DNA of 17,162 nucleotides from assembly GCA_003345595.1 (NCBI GenBank), contig PRDI01000126.1, positions 1 to 17,162 on the forward strand, written 5' to 3'. The stretch is from Candidatus Thorarchaeota archaeon. GTDB lineage: Archaea > Asgardarchaeota > Thorarchaeia > Thorarchaeales > Thorarchaeaceae. This document shows positions 1 to 6,845 of this stretch, piece by piece; within the stretch, counting starts at the first letter, position 1, and every line of letters starts with the position of its first letter. The position numbers and the translations under genes are program-made. The notes beneath the pieces were generated by a model that was given only the letters and a program-made list of their open reading frames with translations, was not told where the DNA came from and ran no database searches.

Positions 1-78
1 CTGAGGTGCGATTCCAATAACCATTAGAAGAACAAGAAGAACTGAAAACAGCTGAACACGGAGCAGATTCCTATGCAA
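1..78 (-). CDS. 5' end of a secreted or membrane-anchored protein (partial, runs off the left edge)
   Basis: Not in the ORF track. The minus strand has GAGGAGG (89-95) 10 nt before a TTG at 78, giving MHRNLLRVQLFSVLLVLLMVIGIAPQ..., a basic N-region plus hydrophobic core typical of a signal peptide. The frame is open to the window edge. Confidence 0.65.
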   Translation of the reverse strand, partial: MHRNLLRVQLFSVLLVLLMVIGIAPQ

Positions 79-518
79 GCTTTTGGAGCCTCCTCTATCA
101 AGCGAAGCCGAACGAGGAGGGGTCGTCTCCAGCTGCATGGGATGGTGGCAGTCTCTTCACGAGTCATGCCAAACCTTCCGCTGGGGGTGCTCGACTTCCT
201 CTTCCTTCGGTCGCCCAGCGAACCGAAGCACCGACAGCACTGGGTACTAATAACGGTTTGCTCTCTTTTAGAAAGGCTCGCAGACTGGGAAAAAACGTGG
301 GAATCGTCTACTCAGCCATTGGCATACTTGGATTGCCCAGTCCCGGCAAATGAGCTCACAAGCGGGACAAGAAAGGCCTTGTTGGGAATGTGTCGAACTC
401 GTCGCCAGATTCGGGCGACGACTTATATGTTGACCTTCGTTATGACTGAAACAACAGATTCGCGTTTCTCCAAGACGGAAGGAATCCCAGAGGAGAATAG
501 GATGTCAGGTGGTCAAGA

Positions 519-1919
519 ATGAAGAACTATGACGTCGTAGTTGTCGGCGCAGGTCCAGGCGGGTCGATTGCGGCTATGGAAGCTGCTAATCGCGGACTTA
601 AGACAATCTTCTTCGAAAGAGGACGAAGGCCCGGCGAAAAGAACTCCTCTGGGTGTGGACTTGGTCCAAGAATGTGGACCGACTTCCGATTCATGAAGGA
701 ACTCACACCTGAAGTGTGTCCTTCCATGAGGGCTGGCGCCGCATCTAGAAGCTACTTCGTGAACAAGCAGGGGGTGGTAGCGGGCTACGTCATGGCAAGG
801 CCGACGGAGTCAGTTTCCTACGAGCCAGCAAAGAGCTTCATCACCATGAACGTGTACAGGAGTGACTTCGATCCTTGGCTGGCAGCATTTGCCACGAAAG
901 CAGGCGCAGAACTGAAGACCTCAACACTTGTGACCGGCCTTCTAAGAGAGAACGACAGAGTCGTGGGTATTATTGATGAGCATGGCGAGAAGTACCGCGG
1001 CCTGGTCATAGGCGCTGACGGTGTCGTTTCCATGGTAGCCAGACAGAGCGGTCTCCGCATGAGATGGGATCAAGACCATGTCACGCTCGTGCCGCAGTAC
1101 GACTTTGCCGTTGACCCGCAGAGAATTGACGACATAATGGGTGACGAAACGTTGGCTGTCTGGTGGTCGGCATTATTCCCGGCTGCGTACCAAGTATTCT
1201 TTCACGATGGCTTCCATCTCGGACTGGGTAACTGGATGACTTGGTGGGACAAGAACCCGCTTTATTACCTCGATCAAGTAGTCAAGCTGGACTACTTTCA
1301 GAGACTAGTGAGAGTACTAGACGCACGACCTCGAGAATACCATGCTCACTTGCTGCCTTGGCTCGGTAGCCCCGGGAACACCCACACGGACAACGTTATT
1401 CTGGTCGGCGATGCCGGTGGTTTTCCATGTCCCCTCGAAGCTGAGGGAATCTATCCCGCAATGATCACTGGGAGAGCAGCCGCCGAAGTCGCGGCCGACG
1501 CCATCTCATCAAGCGACACGTCCAAGGAGTTTCTGGATCTCTATGACCGGAAGTGGCAGCAGACAAGTATTGGTGAAGAGTTCAAGACCGGTCCAGAGCT
1601 GGCCCGCATCTGGAGAGCACTCCCCTTCAGCCCCAAGGAAACAATGTCTTGGTTCGTACCGATGATTATGGAGATACTTGGAGGAATACTAGACTGGTCC
1701 CAGCCTCATGCTGTCCGAGTCAGACAGGTGATGCGGCATGTGAAGTTGTATTTGCCGCAGGCAGTACCGTTCATCATGAGAAACGTCCTTCCGCTATTGG
1801 AAAAGATCCTGGGAGAGAGGATGGATATGCTCACCAGCCCTGAGAAGCTGATAGCTTCCATGCCAGAGCTTCAAGAGGCAATCGCCTCTGCGTTTGAAGA
1901 GAAGGAGGAGAGAGCTTGA
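519..1919 (+). CDS. FAD-dependent oxidoreductase, FixC/geranylgeranyl-reductase superfamily (FixC-like)
   Basis: N-terminal Rossmann motif VVVVGAGPGG, FixC-like ERGxxPGxKN, ADG motif (IGADG) and GD motif (LVGDAGG...EGIYPAM). Overlaps the downstream ferredoxin by 4 nt. Confidence 0.9.
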   Translation: MKNYDVVVVGAGPGGSIAAMEAANRGLKTIFFERGRRPGEKNSSGCGLGPRMWTDFRFMKELTPEVCPSMRAGAASRSYFVNKQGVVAGYVMARPTESVSYEPAKSFITMNVYRSDFDPWLAAFATKAGAELKTSTLVTGLLRENDRVVGIIDEHGEKYRGLVIGADGVVSMVARQSGLRMRWDQDHVTLVPQYDFAVDPQRIDDIMGDETLAVWWSALFPAAYQVFFHDGFHLGLGNWMTWWDKNPLYYLDQVVKLDYFQRLVRVLDARPREYHAHLLPWLGSPGNTHTDNVILVGDAGGFPCPLEAEGIYPAMITGRAAAEVAADAISSSDTSKEFLDLYDRKWQQTSIGEEFKTGPELARIWRALPFSPKETMSWFVPMIMEILGGILDWSQPHAVRVRQVMRHVKLYLPQAVPFIMRNVLPLLEKILGERMDMLTSPEKLIASMPELQEAIASAFEEKEERA

Positions 1920-2185
1920 GAGCAGACATTGATTCGTTGGTCACGAGAATCGCAGGGTCCAGTGACTTCATCAAGCTCGACTCGACGAAGTGCAACATGT
2001 GCGGACGATGCCTCGTAGTGTGCACTATGGGGCTCTGGAAAAAGAAAGGCAAGAAGGCGTACATTGCCGATGACTACAAGTCAAGGTGTGTGGAGTGTGG
2101 AGCCTGCTATCAGGTGTGTGAAGCAGATGCCATCGATTTTCACTATCCCTCTGGTGGAAAGGGCGTAGTGTATGAACGCGGGTAG
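1916..2185 (+). CDS. FixX-like 4Fe-4S ferredoxin
   Basis: Two CxxCxxCxxxC motifs (CNMCGRCLVVC, CVECGACYQVC) and a FixX-type C-terminus YPSGGKGVVYERG. TTG start overlaps the upstream TGA, with a GGAGG SD. Confidence 0.9.
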   Translation: MRADIDSLVTRIAGSSDFIKLDSTKCNMCGRCLVVCTMGLWKKKGKKAYIADDYKSRCVECGACYQVCEADAIDFHYPSGGKGVVYERG

Positions 2186-2288
2186 CCGGAGGCAGAATGC
2201 GGCTCACCTCGTGGTCCCAAGACTGCAGCAATCATGTCATCCGGTTACCATTGATGGCGACAGTCCGTTTCCACCATCACACGCTCGA

Positions 2289-2314
2289 TCGGGCATCCTC
2301 AAGATGATGCCCGA
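2289..2314. other. Inverted repeat/hairpin downstream of the fixCX-like pair
   Basis: TCGGGCATC (2289-2297) and GATGCCCGA (2306-2314) form a perfect 9-bp stem with an 8-nt loop. Function unknown. Confidence 0.45.
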
Positions 2315-2516
2315 AGGTCCTACAGTCCAAATTCACGAACCTCGCTGACTGATACGCATTCGAAGGCCTCTGATGGAGACTGCTGATAGTACTAGCCCCG
2401 TTGGAGCCTCCTCTTGTACTGGTCAGTAACCACCAGAGAGGCCCTCCGTGTTGATCGAGGTCCCGAGAATCGGTCGCAGCTGTTGCTCCCCCTATTCTCG
2501 TTGACGAGCGGTATCA

Positions 2517-2534
2517 TTGGAGCACGTGCTCCAA
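2517..2534. promoter_or_regulatory. Perfect 18-bp palindrome, candidate transcription-factor operator
   Basis: TTGGAGCAC|GTGCTCCAA, about 92 bp upstream of the DDAH-like start. The palindrome is seen directly; the operator role is inferred. Confidence 0.45.
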
Positions 2535-2626
2535 GAGAACATATTTGGCAGGTCTCCGTCGTTACATCAGTTTCCCGCGAAAGCGTCCGATAGACTGATT
2601 AGGTTCACTCGGGGGCGGCTATCACT

Positions 2627-3382
2627 ATGGTACCCAAGAGAGCAATCGTGCGCCCTCCAAGTCGCAGCTTCTCACGTTGCATCTCCTCTCACCCGTTGCG
2701 GAACACTGCGAGTGCGAAGAAAGCCAAGGGGCAACACTCTGCGTACTGCACCACACTCGGGGAGCTCGGTCTTGAGCTGCTCACAATGAAAGCTGAAGAC
2801 GCATACCCCGACTCATGCTTCGTTGAGGACACCGCTGTCGTACACAACAACAAGGCCATTATCGCAAGAATGGCGGCTAAGAGCAGACAAGGAGAAGAGG
2901 ACACAGTTGAGTCACTTCTTGGTCAGTATATTCCTGTTCGCAGGATAAGTGAGCCTGGAACTCTGGAAGGGGGAGATGTGATCCATCTTCCCGACAGACT
3001 CATCAGCGGCGTTTCACAACGGACGAATGTCGAGGGGGTCTTCCAGATGAGTGACTGGCTTGAGGTCCAAGTCGATGCAGTCAGAGACCCCTACATTGTG
3101 CACCTCAAGAGCCATGTCACCTACTTAAGCGGCAAGACGATAGTCTGCAGGAAGAGCTATGCGGACCACCCTGCACTTGAAGGGTACGAGTTGCTGATTG
3201 TTGATGACAATGAGGCATACGCGGCCAACACGCTTACAATAGGCAATGTCGTAATCATGCCCGCAGGATTCGAGCGGACTGCAGAGACGGTGAGTGAAGC
3301 AGGTTACGAGGTTATATGTCTGGACGTCAGCGAGTTCGAGAAATGTGAGGGGGCGCTGACATGTCTTTCAATCCTCTTCTAG
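2627..3382 (+). CDS. ddaH: N(G),N(G)-dimethylarginine dimethylaminohydrolase (DDAH)-family amidinohydrolase
   Basis: Pentein-family motifs YPDSCFVED, LEGGDV, HLKS and EFEKCEGALTCLS (catalytic Cys/His present). The 251-aa length is typical of DDAH. Confidence 0.85.
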   Translation: MVPKRAIVRPPSRSFSRCISSHPLRNTASAKKAKGQHSAYCTTLGELGLELLTMKAEDAYPDSCFVEDTAVVHNNKAIIARMAAKSRQGEEDTVESLLGQYIPVRRISEPGTLEGGDVIHLPDRLISGVSQRTNVEGVFQMSDWLEVQVDAVRDPYIVHLKSHVTYLSGKTIVCRKSYADHPALEGYELLIVDDNEAYAANTLTIGNVVIMPAGFERTAETVSEAGYEVICLDVSEFEKCEGALTCLSILF

Positions 3383-3630
3383 CAAGCGTACTAGTCCCAA
3401 ACAAGTGTCACCCATGAGGTGCCGCATTCCTTGCACTCTGCTTCCAAGCGCGGGACAGACAACTGTGGCGAGAGCGCCGCGAATGACAGAAACAGATGGA
3501 GTATCATCTCTGACTTGCTAGCCGTATCGCTCCTTTTGAACTCCCACAATACCTAGGCCGGTCATTAGCAGATTACTTCATTCAGAGAGCCATGCTCTGC
3601 TCTAGTCTTGCTTCACGAGTCCTTCGAGCC

Positions 3631-3654
3631 TCACCGACAATATGCTTTCGGTGA
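3631..3654. promoter_or_regulatory. Inverted repeat covering the putative SD of the repeat-peptide gene
   Basis: TCACCGA (3631-3637)-N10-TCGGTGA (3648-3654). The right arm contains the GGTGA SD, 10 nt before the ATG at 3665. Confidence 0.45.
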
Positions 3655-3664
3655 AAAACACACC

Positions 3665-3799
3665 ATGAATACGACACAAGCATTCCCTGCAGACCCGCCA
3701 AACGAACCTTGGCAGTGTCTGTTCCCAGCTGATCCCCCGAATGAGCCATGGCAGTGTCTGTTTCCGGCAGACCCTCCGAATGAGCCCTGGCTCTTCTAG
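3665..3799 (+). CDS. 44-aa tandem-repeat peptide MNTTQA-(FPADPPNEPW-QCL)2-FPADPPNEPW-LF
   Basis: Three identical decapeptides encoded by DNA copies that differ only at third codon positions. GGTGA SD at 3650-3654. An alternative in-frame TTG start at 3608 gives 63 aa. Confidence 0.8.
   Translation: MNTTQAFPADPPNEPWQCLFPADPPNEPWQCLFPADPPNEPWLF
3683..3790 (+). repeat. 39-bp-period coding tandem repeat (about 2.8 copies)
   Basis: Units at 3683-3721, 3722-3760 and 3761-3790. Over the 10 core codons the pairwise differences are 8, 6 and 7 nt, all synonymous. Confidence 0.95.
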
Positions 3800-3821
3800 A
3801 GGAGCAACTAGGCTGTACACA

Positions 3822-3865
3822 GGCAGAGTGTCCTACCGCCTTTTGGGGTGGGAATACACTCTGCC
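3822..3865 (+). other. Strong GC-rich stem-loop 22 nt after the repeat-peptide stop (3' UTR structure, terminator or attenuator candidate)
   Basis: GGCAGAGTGT (3822-3831) pairs perfectly with ACACTCTGCC (3856-3865). Inner pairing CCUACC/GGUGGG (one G-U) and a CC-UUUU-GG apex. Confidence 0.6.
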
Positions 3866-4052
3866 CCCATCTACAGGTTAGGGCGGCACTGATCTTATGA
3901 CTCCCGGCCGTCGACCTTGGATAAGTGGACGAAATCAAAGATGTAGGTCTGTGAAGTTCGGAAATCCCCGGACCCGGCCCAGAAACCCGACGACTGACCT
4001 TCCCAGAAACCAAAGCAGGAACCAGTGACCGGGTCGTACCGGGAGTGAATCT

Positions 4053-4271
4053 TCAGATAATGACGCCCAAGTTGCCAAGGAATATGAGCAGACCGGTGAG
4101 GTCGCTCTGGTTGATCTTCTTCGATTCTACACGGCGGCGTTTCTTATGATTTCTATCCAGCAATTCCTCGCATCCGACACATCTTTGGCGATGCACTAGG
4201 AAGACCATAACGCAAGACATCCTATGCTCTCGCCCCAGGTGCATGAAGGCCACATCATTGTCTATTGCCAG
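4053..4271 (-). pseudogene. Possible degenerate/truncated ArsR-like winged-helix ORF
   Basis: FMHLGREHRM...CEELL...INQSDLTGLLIFLGNLGVI loosely follows the ArsR pattern F..LG...R...C.EL...I.QS...L..L...G.I, but stops before the wing. GGTGA at 4281-4285 precedes an in-frame CTG at 4271; the ORF track starts at GTG 4253. Similarity judged by eye only. Confidence 0.3.
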
Positions 4272-4363
4272 ATTATCGACTCACCAAATGTGACCCATTG
4301 TTAATAGGCATGTATAATCTTTTGTTGGCGCTCAGTAGTACGCATAGTTTTCAATGCTGTTCA

Positions 4364-4389
4364 GAAAGGTACAGAAGTCTGTACTTTTC
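4364..4389. promoter_or_regulatory. 12-2-12 imperfect palindrome, candidate operator
   Basis: GAAAGGTACAGA-AG-TCTGTACTTTTC, 11 of 12 positions complementary, between the divergent ArsR-like ORF and the aminotransferase. Confidence 0.5.
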
Positions 4390-4577
4390 GAGAGACAGAT
4401 GCAGAACGGCAGCCGCAACTGCGAACTCAGGACAGTGATTCCCGGAGAAACGGTCATCGCAGAAAGGAGTAGGACCACGTTCATAAGAGAAGAAGGCTTT
4501 CAGGTCTGGTCTGTCTGAACTCGACACGTTTCTTCATTTGCAGAACGGTGATGTCGGGTTTTCGGGAGCTGACAGCC

Positions 4578-5861
4578 ATGTCATTCGTGGGAAAGGATTC
4601 AAAGAGGAGCATTGTCAGGAACTTTGGCTCTCATGTTTCGTCGGGCAAGGTGGACTTCTATACCGCAATCGACCTTGACTTTGTGATAGGCAAGAGAAGA
4701 GGCTCGTGGATGTATGACGTGTCTGGCAAGACCAAGCTTCTCAACTGCCACTGCAACGGAGGAGTGTTCAACCTTGGACACCGTAATCCAGAATTGATCC
4801 GTGTGTTGACGGATGCACTGAAAGAACTCGACATTGGAAATCACCACCTCATCAGTGAACAAAGAGCCAAGCTTGGCAAGAAGCTTGCCAAGGTGAATCC
4901 GCCAGGTCTGAGTCGAGTCGTATTTGGCGTGAGCGGCGGAGAAGCAGTTGACTTCGCCATCAAGCTTGCGCGAGCTCAGACAAGACGACAGAAGATTATC
5001 TATGCGTCTGGAGGATATCACGGGCATACGGGACTTGCACTTGCGGCGGGAGCGGATCACTTCAAGAAACCGTTCGAGCCTCTGGCTCCTGGTTTTGTCG
5101 AAGTGCCATTTGGTGACACTGAAACGCTTTCGAAGGTGATTGACGAGCAGACTGCCGCAGTGCTATTCGAAACAATCCCTGCGACCCTCGGCATGCCCAT
5201 TCCCCCTGATGGATTCTACAAGGAAGTCAGGGAATCATGTGACAAGAAGGGCGCACTCTTGATACTCGATGAGATACAAACAGGATTGGGGAGGACTGGG
5301 AAACTGTGGGCGTTCCAGCACTACGGGATCACGCCTGACATCTTCACGATTGGCAAGGGACTCTCTGGAGGCCTCTATCCGATGTCAGCGACCTGTTATC
5401 GAGATGAGCTGGACTCATTCATGCGTGAGAACCCGTTCATACACGTGTCAACATTCGGGGGAGCCGAGCTTGGCTGTCCTGTGGCGGAGAGAGTCCTCGA
5501 CATCTCGTCTTCGAGAGCATTTCTGGGCCGTGTGAACACCTTGGCAGCTAGAGTTGAGAATGGACTTGACGTACTCAGTCAGCAGTACTCAGATATCCTA
5601 ACGGAGGTGCGACAGCTCGGCCTGTTCATCGGTCTCAAGATGAATGACCAAGGATACGGGCCGCTCATGAGCATAGCCTGCTACAACAGCGGACTGTTCG
5701 CAGTATATGCTGACAATGACAAATCGGTGCTGCAGTTTCTGCCGCCATTAACCATCAGTGATGCGGAAACATCATTCATGTTCAGGAGCCTCAACAGGGC
5801 GTATTCGTGGGCAAGGAACAACCCCAAGTATCTCGAACTTGCAAGAGCATTGGTAGCATAG
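4578..5861 (+). CDS. Class-III PLP aminotransferase (putrescine/acetylornithine aminotransferase-like)
   Basis: Motifs FNLGHRNP, SGGEAVD, GYHG, DEIQTGLGRTG, PLP-lysine in DIFTIGKGLSGG, HVSTFGG. ATG 4578 is preferred (GGGAG upstream) over the GTG at 4548. Confidence 0.9.
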   Translation: MSFVGKDSKRSIVRNFGSHVSSGKVDFYTAIDLDFVIGKRRGSWMYDVSGKTKLLNCHCNGGVFNLGHRNPELIRVLTDALKELDIGNHHLISEQRAKLGKKLAKVNPPGLSRVVFGVSGGEAVDFAIKLARAQTRRQKIIYASGGYHGHTGLALAAGADHFKKPFEPLAPGFVEVPFGDTETLSKVIDEQTAAVLFETIPATLGMPIPPDGFYKEVRESCDKKGALLILDEIQTGLGRTGKLWAFQHYGITPDIFTIGKGLSGGLYPMSATCYRDELDSFMRENPFIHVSTFGGAELGCPVAERVLDISSSRAFLGRVNTLAARVENGLDVLSQQYSDILTEVRQLGLFIGLKMNDQGYGPLMSIACYNSGLFAVYADNDKSVLQFLPPLTISDAETSFMFRSLNRAYSWARNNPKYLELARALVA

Positions 5862-5873
5862 GAGGTACAATGA

Positions 5874-6845
5874 GTGACGATAACTGTTGACGACAATCTG
5901 CTGAAGACCTTTGAAGAGCAACTCGATCCATCAAGACCTGAAGAGTCACCGATGCCTGCGAAGGTGCTAGGCTACGGCGAAATCAGCACGGTGTTCGAAA
6001 TCCTGCAAGAGGATCAATCGGAAATCGCGTTCAAGAGAATGCCTCTATTCGACACGGTTGCACAGGTCGAGAGCTACGAGAGCCTATATGAGAGATACAA
6101 TGAGCAGCTCGTGAAAATCGGACTACAGCTTCCCGAGTATGGAGCGACGCATATTGTCACGGATAGCGGGAGGATTGTCCTGTACCTTTACCAGGAGAAG
6201 CAAATCGCAGACGCCATCGGCAACAAGGTGATTCACAAGGTTTCAAATGATGAATGCTTCCTACTTGTCCGCCACGTGTTCAGGGAACTGAATAAGGTCT
6301 GGAAGTTCAACAACAAACACAGAAACAAGCTCGAGCTGGCTATCGATGGACAGGTGTCCAACTGGTCAGTGCAGGAAATGAACCCAAACAACCCCAGCAT
6401 AGGCCGGGACACGAGACTGGAGTACCTCGACACAAGCACACCCCTGATGAGGGAGAATGGAAAGGAATTGCTTGATGCGGTCCTCTTCCTCAAACCGACC
6501 CCTCTTGTGATGAGATGGGTACTCAAGAGGTTCTACCTGCAAGACATACTCGACAGATATTACGACCTACGCCGCGTGTGCCTTGATCTGGTTGCGAATT
6601 TCCTGAAGGAACAGCGAAGCGACCTGGTGCCTGGACTCATCGACGTCACCAACGAGTTCTTCAGAAACGAAGCCGTCATAGAGCATCTGGCTCCCCTTAC
6701 TCCTGGGGAGGTCAAGAGCTACTACGACAATGATGCCTCGACATGGAGACTCTACCTCAGACTCAGGAGAATGCACAGATTCATGAGCCGCAAGGTACTG
6801 AGGAGATACTACCCCTATATTCTGCCCGGGAGGATCGTAAGGTAG
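5874..6845 (+). CDS. DUF6206-like protein with protein-kinase-like motifs
   Basis: LGYGEISTV (Gly loop), AFKR (beta-3 Lys), IDGQVSNW (D-x4-N loop) and YLDTS (DFG-like position). GGAGGT SD overlaps the aminotransferase stop. Family name is from recall. Confidence 0.7.
   Translation: MTITVDDNLLKTFEEQLDPSRPEESPMPAKVLGYGEISTVFEILQEDQSEIAFKRMPLFDTVAQVESYESLYERYNEQLVKIGLQLPEYGATHIVTDSGRIVLYLYQEKQIADAIGNKVIHKVSNDECFLLVRHVFRELNKVWKFNNKHRNKLELAIDGQVSNWSVQEMNPNNPSIGRDTRLEYLDTSTPLMRENGKELLDAVLFLKPTPLVMRWVLKRFYLQDILDRYYDLRRVCLDLVANFLKEQRSDLVPGLIDVTNEFFRNEAVIEHLAPLTPGEVKSYYDNDASTWRLYLRLRRMHRFMSRKVLRRYYPYILPGRIVR

Noticed and set aside
73-522. 149-aa plus-strand ORF
   Set aside because: No recognisable motif or SD. 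It overlaps the start of a better-supported minus-strand gene and spans a region with promoter-like elements.
2304-2348. Mini-ORF MMPEGPTVQIHEPR resembling an Fpg/Nei N-terminus (MPEG...)
   Set aside because: Only 14 codons, no SD, and no convincing continuation of similarity in other frames; probably chance.
3683-3790. 39-bp repeats as a CRISPR array or non-coding VNTR
   Set aside because: There are no unique spacers, and differences are confined to synonymous third positions, which indicates a coding repeat.
3797-3865. UAG readthrough (pyrrolysine/PYLIS) or SECIS role for the downstream hairpin
   Set aside because: A second in-frame TAG follows three codons later, there is no in-frame UGA, and no SECIS consensus is recognisable.
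3582-4013. 143-aa and 72-aa (3602-3820) minus-strand ORFs over the repeat
   Set aside because: The repeat units are not conserved at amino-acid level in these frames, so they are shadows of the plus-strand peptide.
4362-4548. Recurrent CAGAA(A/C)GG words upstream of the aminotransferase
   Set aside because: Short, irregularly spaced and purine-rich; not distinguishable from background without statistics.
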